DNA of 64,000 nt from a bacterium (GTDB taxonomy: Bacteria > SZUA-182 > DTGQ01). The position numbers and the translations under genes are program-made. Under the pieces are notes generated by a model that was not told where the DNA came from, did no database searches, and saw only the letters and a program-made list of their open reading frames with translations. Positions 27,361 through 36,732 of the stretch are shown in pieces. The stretch's first letter is position 1. The number at the start of each line of letters is the position of its first letter. The stretch is taken from NCBI GenBank assembly GCA_040752695.1, contig JBFMGO010000008.1, forward strand, positions 1 to 64,000. Direction: 5' to 3'.

Positions 27361-29562
27361 TCATGGACTGTCTTTTTTACGGTAATCTTCATTCGAACTC
27401 AGGATAACTGTTTCAGTAAGAAAATCATCACATTCCGAGTCAGGCTCTGACTCCGATACCGGCTCAGGCTCCGGGGCAGGCTCTGACACTGACTCAGGCT
27501 CTGGGGCAGGAGCCGGTTTTTCAGCCTCTTTGGCCTTTCCCCCTGCCCAAGGGATTCTCCGTACTCCGGGGGCTCCCCTGTCTTGAGGAGAGATGATAAC
27601 CGTCTCAGGGATGTCATTATCATCTTCTTTATCTTCTTCTGCCCCGGCAGGTATAGTGTGGCTGTTAGCGGCCTGAGAAAAGGTGTTTTCCATCATGTTT
27701 TCGGATGAGATCATCACGGTTTCTTCGAGTTCGGTTGATATATCCTGCTTCTCATCAATTTCTGCCCGCCATTGGTTTAAAACCTTGGTAAGGAGATCAC
27801 GGATGGCCTTATTTTCGCCTGGATCATGCAAGAGGCTCTTCGTTTCCAGGTGGGAGTTTTCGGTATTTTTATCCATACCTGATAACCGTAAGCAGTCACC
27901 GACATCTTCCTTTCCCTGAAGAAAGGCGTCTTTTACCTCTTCTTGCAGGGCCTTGAACTGCTCCCAAAATGCCTCCTTTGACCATCGAGAGGAAGCATGA
28001 CAGCCTGCATGGAGCAAAGACCACCCCAGACTGAGGCATCTTTCCCAGAAGATGCGGCCGTTTTCGGGAATTGCCCCTCTTTCAGGATTCCAGAAAATAT
28101 TTTCAGGCATGAAGGTTTGGTTTCTCTGTGCCAGATCAAAACCAGATTGATGCTCACAGAAACCCGAGGAGGCGCTTACAGCTTCATCCATTGCCTTGAA
28201 CACGAGAGCAGCATCCTGCTTTTGGTTGACCAGGAAAGTGGAGAACCAGACCAGTCCCAAAGATGAGAGACTTGATATTTGAGGGATTCGGGAAAATGGT
28301 GAGGTGCCAAGGTGACTTATTCCATTGATGCTATTGATTCCATTGATCCCATTGATTCCCAGGTCTATGGTCCCTACCGAGAAGCTCCAGAAGGGAGGAA
28401 GAAAGCTGGATTTGCCAGCCAGTCTGACCCATGTCCGGTCAAGGGAAAAATTCCGCTCCGGCTGCCGGTCAAGAGCGAACGCCGGAAGGGCCGTTTGCAG
28501 AAATTCACCAAGGAAGGAAAGCTTAAGATATAAAACTTCGTAAAAATGCCTTTCTCCCTGATTGTAAAAGGTAAACCTTTGTGCCGGGTATCTCTGACGG
28601 ATCGCTTTCAAACACTGTGCCCTCCCTGATTCCAGGCCGTCCGTGAGCCCTGATTCACGTTCCTCAAAAGATGCCCCTGAGACGAGGGCCAGAAAGTCGA
28701 GGGCATGAAGTGACATGGCATCAAAAACAAGCATGAAAAAGGAGTAAAACGCGAAGGGCAAAACCCGTGAAAGGCAACGGCTGTCCCTTCCATAGCACTC
28801 CTTTTTTTCAGTGCATTCGATGCAGGGGAATTGTCCGGGATGAATCTCATCTTCAAGCAATTGTCCGGGACGAATCTTATCTTCAAGCAGATGACCAAAT
28901 CTCCGTATTAAATCCCGCCGGTCCATAAGATGTGGAGGGTCAGAGCTTTCCAAAGCAAAAGTATAGAAATTGCATTCCTCGCTCGATGCAGCGGCACACG
29001 CGGGACAATATACATACCGTCTCAGAGAGGTTGAATAAGGCCAAAGCCCTGATCTGATCAGAAGATCATCGTCATAGCATTGCTGAAGGGGACGTCCGCA
29101 TCCGGGACATAGTGGATCGAAAAAGAGGTGTTTGTACCTGCAATAAAACAACGGTTGAAAGGGCACGAGCCATTCTTTTTTTTCCTGGAGATGAATTTGA
29201 TGCGCGAGAATCATAACGGAACCATCGCCCTTATTCCTTCTCGTTTCGGAAAAAGCATTCTGCCAGGCATCGTCAATATCCCGGTTATTGAGCTGCTTTT
29301 GTATCTTCAGGATATCCCCGGAGAGGGAATAATCATCCTTTTGAATCAGGAGAAACACCCTCTTTATTTCACTTTCAGCACCGGTTAACAGCCGGGCCTC
29401 GATCAGGCGCGTAAAAGGCTCTGCATCACCGATAATCCGGAAAGGGAAAGAAGTGTTTTCCAGTCGTCCCTGGGAGTCCTCACCGATGGGTGCAAACTGG
29501 ATGGAGAAAGGTACTTTTTGAGTCTCAAGATAAGGGCGTAAGGAGGATAGGATATTTCCCAT
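27361..29562 (-). CDS. Uncharacterised Cys-rich T6SS-associated protein (733 aa)
   Basis: Long ORF heading the T6SS run; CPGC, CPAC and CIEC clusters; acidic tail with three ETV(M/I)(I/L)S motifs. Confidence 0.8.
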   Translation of the reverse strand: MGNILSSLRPYLETQKVPFSIQFAPIGEDSQGRLENTSFPFRIIGDAEPFTRLIEARLLTGAESEIKRVFLLIQKDDYSLSGDILKIQKQLNNRDIDDAWQNAFSETRRNKGDGSVMILAHQIHLQEKKEWLVPFQPLFYCRYKHLFFDPLCPGCGRPLQQCYDDDLLIRSGLWPYSTSLRRYVYCPACAAASSEECNFYTFALESSDPPHLMDRRDLIRRFGHLLEDKIRPGQLLEDEIHPGQFPCIECTEKKECYGRDSRCLSRVLPFAFYSFFMLVFDAMSLHALDFLALVSGASFEERESGLTDGLESGRAQCLKAIRQRYPAQRFTFYNQGERHFYEVLYLKLSFLGEFLQTALPAFALDRQPERNFSLDRTWVRLAGKSSFLPPFWSFSVGTIDLGINGINGINSINGISHLGTSPFSRIPQISSLSSLGLVWFSTFLVNQKQDAALVFKAMDEAVSASSGFCEHQSGFDLAQRNQTFMPENIFWNPERGAIPENGRIFWERCLSLGWSLLHAGCHASSRWSKEAFWEQFKALQEEVKDAFLQGKEDVGDCLRLSGMDKNTENSHLETKSLLHDPGENKAIRDLLTKVLNQWRAEIDEKQDISTELEETVMISSENMMENTFSQAANSHTIPAGAEEDKEDDNDIPETVIISPQDRGAPGVRRIPWAGGKAKEAEKPAPAPEPESVSEPAPEPEPVSESEPDSECDDFLTETVILSSNEDYRKKDSP

Positions 29563-29702
29563 TCTATCAGGATCCTTCGCGGCAAAAGAGGTAATGGGGC
29601 GCTCTATGACTTATGAGATTTTCCTGCCTGCCCCGTATAAAATGATGCCCTTTTCGGGCACAATTTGGAAGGTAATTCCCTCATTCTGTTTCTTTAACCA
29701 TT

Positions 29703-29732
29703 CTTATAACATATATTCCAGCCTTAAGTCAA
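29703..29732 (-). promoter_or_regulatory. Candidate sigma70 promoter for the T6SS operon
   Basis: TTGACT-18 nt-TATAAG with extended -10 TG, ~140 nt upstream of the 733-aa ORF. Confidence 0.45.
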
Positions 29733-29894
29733 CGATAACTTATCCGAAAACGGGAATATTTTGGAATATTTAAAACTGGAATAGTATGGAATGTTAACGG
29801 AAATAGTACGAAATGTTAATTGAAGATATTGTTCATATATCGAAACAAAGGGAATACTACTATCGAAACAAGGGGAAAACTGCCCGATGGCGGT

Positions 29895-31022
29895 TTAATG
29901 TTTCCAGAGTTTCCTTAGAATTGAAAGTGAGCCTTTGATGTTTTTCTTTTCAGGGACATCCAGGGATTCTTTCTCCTCCGGTTTCTCTTTTTGATCTGCG
30001 GAGATTGAACGCTCATCGATGGGCTCTTGTATTTCTGCCAGACGGCCATCACCGAGAAAGCGAAATACAGGGCCCCGGGGACTGAGAGCCAATTCATCGC
30101 CGGGATTGAGAGGTGACTTGAGGTTGATGGTCTTTCGATTGACGGCAACTGATTTTTGTCCTGTGAGATCCTTGACCCAGTAATGATCCTGGTTATAGAA
30201 AACCTGGACATGGTGACTATGGATGCCGGGATAGTCAAGCTGAAAATCGCCTTCCTTTCCAATAGTGACCGGTACCTCTTTGAAGGAACGAAGAGTAGGA
30301 CCATACTGGATAATCAGAGGGACTCTCATGCTATGCACGGCGATCTCATCTATCTCGCCTGGTTCGGGTTGGATTGGACCGGATTTTTGACCGGAAAGGT
30401 CAGGCTCTTGACTGGAAAGGCCAGGCTCCTGACACGAAAGGCCGGGCTCTTGACCGCAAATGCCGGGCTCCTGACTGAAAGAAACGGGTGTATGTCCGGA
30501 AAGGTCAAGATCCCGAGGTGAAGAAGGTTTTAGCTTATCTTCCCCATAGGGCGAAGGTGGAAATGACGATGGCGGGGCGCATGATGGCTGAGTGGCCGGG
30601 AACACGTTTTCCTGCCCCGGTTGACTTTCGCGTAACGGCTGATTTTCGAGTGCCGGTTGATTATCCAGTACCGGCTGATTTTCGGACACCGGCTGGTTTT
30701 CGAGTATCTGGGTCAGGAAGCTAACCTTGGGCCCGCCTTCTGAAAAGGACAATACATCTCCGCTTTTCAGATAAGCCTCTTTCATCCTCTTACCATTGAC
30801 GAAGGTGCCGTTGGTGCTGAGATCAATCAATTTAAAGCGATTTCCTTCGCGAATGATTTCAGCATGATTACGTGAAACTACGGTCAGGTCGGCAGGGAAT
30901 CTCAGCAGGCTCGATGGATTGCGACCGATAGAGATGCTGCCCGCGGAAAACTCCTGAATTGTGCCTTTGAAAGGCCCCTGAATATGGACAAGTTGGATGA
31001 CAATAACTGGCTGTTGCTTCAT
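29895..31022 (-). CDS. Double-FHA-domain protein
   Basis: Canonical N-terminal FHA (IGR, VSRNHA, STNGTFVNG), repeat-rich linker, degenerate second FHA (IGK, IHSHHV, V.VN). Confidence 0.9.
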   Translation of the reverse strand: MKQQPVIVIQLVHIQGPFKGTIQEFSAGSISIGRNPSSLLRFPADLTVVSRNHAEIIREGNRFKLIDLSTNGTFVNGKRMKEAYLKSGDVLSFSEGGPKVSFLTQILENQPVSENQPVLDNQPALENQPLRESQPGQENVFPATQPSCAPPSSFPPSPYGEDKLKPSSPRDLDLSGHTPVSFSQEPGICGQEPGLSCQEPGLSSQEPDLSGQKSGPIQPEPGEIDEIAVHSMRVPLIIQYGPTLRSFKEVPVTIGKEGDFQLDYPGIHSHHVQVFYNQDHYWVKDLTGQKSVAVNRKTINLKSPLNPGDELALSPRGPVFRFLGDGRLAEIQEPIDERSISADQKEKPEEKESLDVPEKKNIKGSLSILRKLWKH

Positions 31023-31074
31023 ATGGGTTTCGTCACAGTCTTTGCTGTCAGTCGAAGGCTCGGTTCATTTTTCA

Positions 31075-31104
31075 ATTATAGCCCGAGCCTGATGGTTTTT
31101 GCAA
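31075..31104 (-). promoter_or_regulatory. Candidate sigma70 promoter for the FHA gene
   Basis: TTGCAA-18 nt-TATAAT in the AT-rich divergent intergenic region. Confidence 0.5.
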
Positions 31105-31264
31105 CAACAATGATAAAAAAATAATTATTTATAACACATTATCCAATATCATAAAATAGATTGACTTTTATTCTTTCTCGTGAGAAGATCAAATGTTATT
31201 ATCCGTATTGGAACAAGTACCTAACTTTTATGCTCCTGGTTAATGCATACCGGTTGCATACGCG

Positions 31265-31999
31265 ATGCCTATGATAGCCTCTTTTGGACAATCAGATCCC
31301 GGCCTCATACGTCCTCATAATGAAGACAGCTTCGTAATCGTGCCAGAGGCAGATCTTCTTGCAGTGGCCGATGGAATGGGCGGGGCTGCGGCCGGGGAGG
31401 TGGCCAGCCGGATCTTCATCGAAACAGCTTCGATGCGTTCCTCCGGTTCCAGGTGTCAATCTGGGTGTCAATCTGAACAGGAAACCCTTTTGAGGGATAT
31501 CTTTCGATCAGCCAATGAAAATATCCTTAACCATACCAGGGCTAATCCTCACTGCCGGGGAATGGGATGTACGGCTGAACTTATCATCTTCACCGGCCAG
31601 GGTTACATTCTGGGCCATGTAGGAGACAGCCGTACTTACCTGCTGAGGGCAGGACACCTGAAACAACTGACCCGGGACCACTCTTTAGTGCAGGATCAGC
31701 TAGACCAGGGTCTCATCAAACCTGATGAGGTCAGGAAGCATCCTTTCAAACATGTTATCCTCAGGGCCGTGGGTATCGAAGAACGGCTGGCCCTCGATGT
31801 GGTAAGGGGCAAGACTTTACCAGGGGACCTTTTTCTCCTGTGCACTGACGGCCTGACGGATATGATCGACGATTCCCTTATCAAGGAAATACTTTTGCTT
31901 CCCCTGACTCTGGCCCAAAAAGGAAACAAGCTCATCGAGTCCGCCAAAGCAGCCGGAGGGCGTGACAACATAACCGTGGTTCTCGGTGAAATAACGTGA
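31265..31999 (+). CDS. PP2C-type Ser/Thr phosphatase (PppA/Stp1-like)
   Basis: R..NEDS, VADGMGG, GHVGDSR.Y, LLCTDGL and GGRDNIT. Confidence 0.96.
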   Translation: MPMIASFGQSDPGLIRPHNEDSFVIVPEADLLAVADGMGGAAAGEVASRIFIETASMRSSGSRCQSGCQSEQETLLRDIFRSANENILNHTRANPHCRGMGCTAELIIFTGQGYILGHVGDSRTYLLRAGHLKQLTRDHSLVQDQLDQGLIKPDEVRKHPFKHVILRAVGIEERLALDVVRGKTLPGDLFLLCTDGLTDMIDDSLIKEILLLPLTLAQKGNKLIESAKAAGGRDNITVVLGEIT

Positions 32000-32076
32000 T
32001 TGACAGTGATATAACATGACTGGCTGGCAAGGTCTGGCTGGCAAGTAACCTGATTGGCAGGGTGATGTGATTTTCA

Positions 32077-33165
32077 ATGGATAAGTTCACAATTTGCTGG
32101 ATAGTTCCGCTTATTCTCGCAGGTGCAGTGTTTTTAGCCGGTGCAGCACAACCTCCTGATTTATCCAAAGCCTACCCTTTTCCTCTTTTGGAGATGGAGG
32201 AAGTTATTTCACGATGGTTATTGCATAACAACTTTGAAGTTGCCCGCACTCCCCTCAAGGGCGGGCAGGTTCGGCTCGGGGCAGTGAGAGAAGACCAAAA
32301 GTGGCAGATAACGCTCAAACCTCGCTCTCCCCTTGCCTCTGAGGTCCATGCAGAATATACTCGCCAGGAAGGTCAGCCTGATCCGGCTGCCAATAAAGAA
32401 TTGTGGGATCATTTACGAAGATATGCTCAAGATCCCTCTGCCGAAAGAGAGGATTTTGGAGTGCCGGCGCAGGTTTTGTCCCAGGGCACATCTGTCGTTT
32501 GTATCAGGGCCGGGCGGGATGGTACCGGGCAGGATGGGGCTGGCTGGCATGGCACCAGGCAGGATGGGGCTGGACAGAATGGTGCCGGGCAGGGCAAGTC
32601 AGGGTGCGATGGTGCCGGGCAGGACAAGTCAGAGCAGAACAGGGCCGGGAGGGAGACAAAACCCATTCAGTTTTCCGGTTTTATCATTGACCGGGATGGT
32701 TTTATTTTGGCTACAGCCCATGACCTTGAAGGCATCCATGAGGTGAGAGTAATTCTGGACAATGGCCGCGAGCTGAAAGGGAGCATACGCAAGATCGATC
32801 ATGACCGGGACCTTGCTCTCATTAGCGTCGGGGCCAAATTCGATACCTTTATCCCTCTGGCGAGGGGGCGAAACATCCTTGACATCGGGGAAAAGGTATA
32901 TTCGATTGGCTGGCCCCTCAATCTGAGAGGAACAGTCCATGCCGGTTTCATTAATGGGCCACCCAGAAAGGTGAATACCCTGCCACTGTGGCAGGTGAAC
33001 ATGGAAATTCTTCCGGGAAGCAGCGGAAGTCCGGTATTCGATGCCAGGGGACAGATAGTTGCAGTCGTGAAAGGCAGGTACCGTGGAACGGATTCGGTGG
33101 GTTTTCTGATCCCGCTGGGAACGGTCAGGGAATTTTTAAGAGAAGGACACGCTTTAGATCAGTGA
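32077..33165 (+). CDS. Exported trypsin-like (S1) serine protease without PDZ
   Basis: Signal peptide; catalytic triad TAHD, DLALI and PGSSGSPV. Confidence 0.9.
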   Translation: MDKFTICWIVPLILAGAVFLAGAAQPPDLSKAYPFPLLEMEEVISRWLLHNNFEVARTPLKGGQVRLGAVREDQKWQITLKPRSPLASEVHAEYTRQEGQPDPAANKELWDHLRRYAQDPSAEREDFGVPAQVLSQGTSVVCIRAGRDGTGQDGAGWHGTRQDGAGQNGAGQGKSGCDGAGQDKSEQNRAGRETKPIQFSGFIIDRDGFILATAHDLEGIHEVRVILDNGRELKGSIRKIDHDRDLALISVGAKFDTFIPLARGRNILDIGEKVYSIGWPLNLRGTVHAGFINGPPRKVNTLPLWQVNMEILPGSSGSPVFDARGQIVAVVKGRYRGTDSVGFLIPLGTVREFLREGHALDQ

Positions 33166-33246
33166 GGCGTACATCAGCAAAAAAGGAGGCAGGGCGGGAA
33201 AAGACCGCTCCAAAGACCCTCCCCCCTAAAAAAGGCGTACATTACC

Positions 33247-34632
33247 ATGTTATTACAATACAGTCGGTATCAGATAAAACGAGAGATTGGAAAAGGGGCT
33301 ATGGGAGTGGTTTATCAGGCTCATGACCCCCAGATCGATCGGTTGGTCGCGTTAAAGGTCCTGCGCCCTGACCGGGTCACCAACGAGGATTTTGTTCAGA
33401 GATTTTTCAAGGAGGCCAAAGCGATTGGCAGGCTTTCTCATCCCGGCATCGTTACCGTCTACGATGTGGGTCAGGATCAGGACACAGTATTTATCGCCAT
33501 GGAATTTCTGGAGGGAAAGCCTTTGCATAAGGTCATTCAGGAGGCGAAGCCGGATCTTGAAACCATAGTCGATTTCGGCATCCAGGTGGCCTGTGCTCTT
33601 GATTATGCCCACCAGAAGGGAATAGTGCACCGGGATATCAAACCCGGCAATATCATCGTCCAGCCCGATGGCAGGTTGAAATTAACCGATTTCGGGATTG
33701 CCCGGATCGAAGATTCCACGGCAACGCAACAGACCAAAGTGGGAGAGATTCTTGGCAGCCCGGCCTATATGTCTCCCGAACAGGTGATGGGGCATTCCGT
33801 GGACGGACGATCCGACCTCTATTCACTGGGCATTATCCTCTATGAACTGTGCAGCGGGAAAAGGCCCTTCCATGGCGATAATCTGGCTGTCATCTTCAGG
33901 GCCATTACTCAGGACAATCCCGCTGAACCTTCAGCCATCGATCCGGCCATTCCGCATAAACTTTCGCAGGTAATCATGAAGTGCCTGAGCAAACAGCCCG
34001 AGATGCGCTTTCAGACCGGCAATGAACTGGCCGATGCCCTGAAAGCCTGCTTGAGGAAGGGTCCAGTCACCCACCCTGGGCCTGAGGGATCGAAAAGTTC
34101 AGCTTCGCCGCCTGACGAACCCAAAAGATCAGGGGACTCAAGCACAACCCTTGCCGAACCCAAAAGGTCAAAAGGACTGCCCCTTTTACTCCTTGTCGTG
34201 GTTATCCTGGCCAGTATAACGGCAGGATTCACCTTCTATCTCTTGCGCTCGCGAAAAGAAGCCCACCGCCTGCCTCCACAGGTTATGGAAGAGCAAAAAG
34301 CTCAGCCACCCGGGCCGGTTGCGGAAGAGGAGAAGGCACAACAGCCTCCTGGCCAGGTCACAGAAGAGCAGAAAGCGCAGCCTCCTGGCCAGGTCGTGAA
34401 AGAGCATCCGGTCATGGCTTTTCTCAAAGTCGAAAGTACTCCTTTGGGGGCTCAAATCTTCGTGGATGGAACCTTTCAGGGGAAAACGCCTGTTCGGTTT
34501 GACCTGTCACCGGGAAAACACGAAGTTCGGCTTACTTTGGCCGGGTATTACGATTGGGAAGCCCAGATCCAATTATCGGAAAAGGTCGAGACTCCTCTCC
34601 AGGTTCGATTGTTGCCTGCCGATGAGCAATAA
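33247..34632 (+). CDS. Hanks-type Ser/Thr kinase with one TM and an extracytoplasmic PEGA domain
   Basis: IGKGAMGVVY, VALK, HRDIKPGN, DFGIA and YMSPEQ; TM; L.V.S.P.GA.+FVDG...G.TP.....G.H.V (PEGA). Confidence 0.95.
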   Translation: MLLQYSRYQIKREIGKGAMGVVYQAHDPQIDRLVALKVLRPDRVTNEDFVQRFFKEAKAIGRLSHPGIVTVYDVGQDQDTVFIAMEFLEGKPLHKVIQEAKPDLETIVDFGIQVACALDYAHQKGIVHRDIKPGNIIVQPDGRLKLTDFGIARIEDSTATQQTKVGEILGSPAYMSPEQVMGHSVDGRSDLYSLGIILYELCSGKRPFHGDNLAVIFRAITQDNPAEPSAIDPAIPHKLSQVIMKCLSKQPEMRFQTGNELADALKACLRKGPVTHPGPEGSKSSASPPDEPKRSGDSSTTLAEPKRSKGLPLLLLVVVILASITAGFTFYLLRSRKEAHRLPPQVMEEQKAQPPGPVAEEEKAQQPPGQVTEEQKAQPPGQVVKEHPVMAFLKVESTPLGAQIFVDGTFQGKTPVRFDLSPGKHEVRLTLAGYYDWEAQIQLSEKVETPLQVRLLPADEQ

Positions 34633-34633
34633 A

Positions 34634-34750
34634 GAGAAGCGGCGGAAAAAAATGAGGAATAAGGGAAAAATGAGGAAAAACGGGGAAAAATAAGAAGGGA
34701 TAAAAAGAAATGAGAAGGAATGAGAAGAAGTGAGAAGAAATAAAGGAGCA
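34634..34750. repeat. Purine-rich degenerate ~10-nt tandem repeat
   Basis: Repeated T(G/A)AG(A/G)A(G/A)(G/A)AA-like units between the kinase stop and the next SD. Confidence 0.7.
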
Positions 34751-34755
34751 ATCGG

Positions 34756-36732
34756 ATGAAGATTATAACTAAGTGTCTTGCTTTCAGTTTGATCCTTACG
34801 GTTGGTTTGCTGCTTTTGGGAATGGAGGTGAGCTCCGGCCAGATTGCTCCAGGCCAGCCAGCCCCGCTCTTTTCCTTGAAAGATATCACGGGAAAGACCT
34901 ATGATCTGGCCTCGATGAAAGAGCGGCCCATGGTCATTCTTTATTTTTTCGATGCAGAATCAAGGCCGAGCCAGGAAGGTATCCTGAGTCTTAATCAATT
35001 AGCCGGACAATACAAAGATTATGACCTCTATTCACTGGCCATTACCCTCTCCCCGCGGGAAAAGATCGATCAGTTCAGAAAACAGACCGAGCTTGGCTTT
35101 CCCCTTATCCAGGACACAGCCGGTGTCAGCGATCTCTATCAAGCCAGGCTGATTTTGCCGACTGTTTGCATTACCGGGCCGGGCCTGCGGGTTCTTGACT
35201 ACTTTCAGGGCGGGGGGAAAACAACCGAAGTGATGCTGGTCAGGGTGGCCGAGCGGGAACTGCAAAGGAAACATACTGCCCTGGCCAAAGCTATCAGCGC
35301 GGAAGTGGTGAAAAAGGACCCGAAAAATGTCAAGGCCAGGACAGTGACCGGTTATGCAGCTCTCAAGGAGGGGAATCTCAAACAGGCGGAAGAGGTTTTC
35401 CAGAATCTGGCTGAAGGGAGCGGCCAGGCCGAGATACTCGGCAAAGAGGGACTGGCCAGCGTTCATGTTCAAAAGGGAGAAACTGCAAAAGCCATCGAAC
35501 TGGCCGCGGAAGTGGAGAAAAAGGCCCCTGACAGAGCCTATGTCCATGTCATCAAAGGAGATCTCCTCTACAGCCAGGATAAAAAGAAGGAGGCCGAGGC
35601 GGAATATCAAAAGGCCATGAAAAAGAAGGAATCCGAGTCCTATCAGGAAGCGGTCAAACATAACCAGCTCGGACGGCTGTACGCAAGTACGGGCCAGTAC
35701 CAGAAGGCGCGGGAGCTCTACGATCAGGCCGTGGCCATCGATCCCTATTACATAGAGGGAACGACCAACAAGGGGATAACCTACCAGAAAGAGGGCAATT
35801 GGGATAAGGCGCTGGAAGCCTTCCAGCAGGCTGTAGCTGTCGACAAGAGCGATACCTTTGCCCTGGTCCTGTCCAAAAAGGCCCAGGAGATGCTGGAATT
35901 CCAAAAAGACACCGAGCGGAAAAAACGCATGGACCAAATGGTGAAGGATCTGGCAGCCAGATTCCGCAGCCAGCAAGAGACCAGGCCAATAGACGAAGAT
36001 ACCTGGACTTCCCGGCCTATGATCCTCACCTTTGTCGATTTTCAGGAAAAGGGCGGCCTGGCCGAGCGGGATGGTTTCTCGACCGTGCTGACCACTCAAT
36101 TGAGTGATTATCTTACTGCCTCAGGGAGGGTTCAGGTGGTGGAGCGCGTTTTGATCGAGCGTCTCATGGAAGAGTTGAACCTTGGTTCCTCGGATCTGGC
36201 TGACCAGGAAACCGCTCTCAAACTTGGCAGGGTGCTGGCTGCCAAATTAATCGGGACCGGCTCTCTTTTCTACCTGCCCGGCGGGACTCTCCTGAGTCTT
36301 CGGCTCATCGATAGTGAAACCTCGGCCATTCCCCTGGTAATTACCAGGCAATGCAGCCTCCAGGTTTCTCTGGAGAAAGAACTCTACGCGCTGAACCGGC
36401 AGATCCTCAGGACAGTCATGGAAAAGTACCCCCTGCATGGTTATCTGGTAGAAATCACGGGTGATGAGGCTCTGGTTAACCTTGGCTCCAGACAGGGAGT
36501 GGTTATGGGTACCCTTTTTGAAGTACTGGAAGAAGGCAAGACAATCAAATACAAGGGAAAGACGCTCCGGAGCGCACCGAAATCCATCGCTCAGGCTGAA
36601 GTTGTCCGGGTTGAGCCTGACCTGTGCTATGTCCGGATTCTCAGCAAGGAAAGACCCCTGAAAACCGATGACAAGGTTCAGGAGAAAATTGCCGAAGCTG
36701 CGGCTTTGGGAGGAAGCGATGAATCTGAATAA
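34756..36732 (+). CDS. Exported Redoxin-fold + TPR + CsgG/TolB_N-like + FlgT_C-like multidomain protein
   Basis: GQPAP.FSL.D..G (Trx/AhpC fold), TPR helices, VQVVER..+..+..EL.LG.S.L.D..TAL+LG++L.A, and +NLG...G+..G..F.V. Confidence 0.8.
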   Translation: MKIITKCLAFSLILTVGLLLLGMEVSSGQIAPGQPAPLFSLKDITGKTYDLASMKERPMVILYFFDAESRPSQEGILSLNQLAGQYKDYDLYSLAITLSPREKIDQFRKQTELGFPLIQDTAGVSDLYQARLILPTVCITGPGLRVLDYFQGGGKTTEVMLVRVAERELQRKHTALAKAISAEVVKKDPKNVKARTVTGYAALKEGNLKQAEEVFQNLAEGSGQAEILGKEGLASVHVQKGETAKAIELAAEVEKKAPDRAYVHVIKGDLLYSQDKKKEAEAEYQKAMKKKESESYQEAVKHNQLGRLYASTGQYQKARELYDQAVAIDPYYIEGTTNKGITYQKEGNWDKALEAFQQAVAVDKSDTFALVLSKKAQEMLEFQKDTERKKRMDQMVKDLAARFRSQQETRPIDEDTWTSRPMILTFVDFQEKGGLAERDGFSTVLTTQLSDYLTASGRVQVVERVLIERLMEELNLGSSDLADQETALKLGRVLAAKLIGTGSLFYLPGGTLLSLRLIDSETSAIPLVITRQCSLQVSLEKELYALNRQILRTVMEKYPLHGYLVEITGDEALVNLGSRQGVVMGTLFEVLEEGKTIKYKGKTLRSAPKSIAQAEVVRVEPDLCYVRILSKERPLKTDDKVQEKIAEAAALGGSDESE

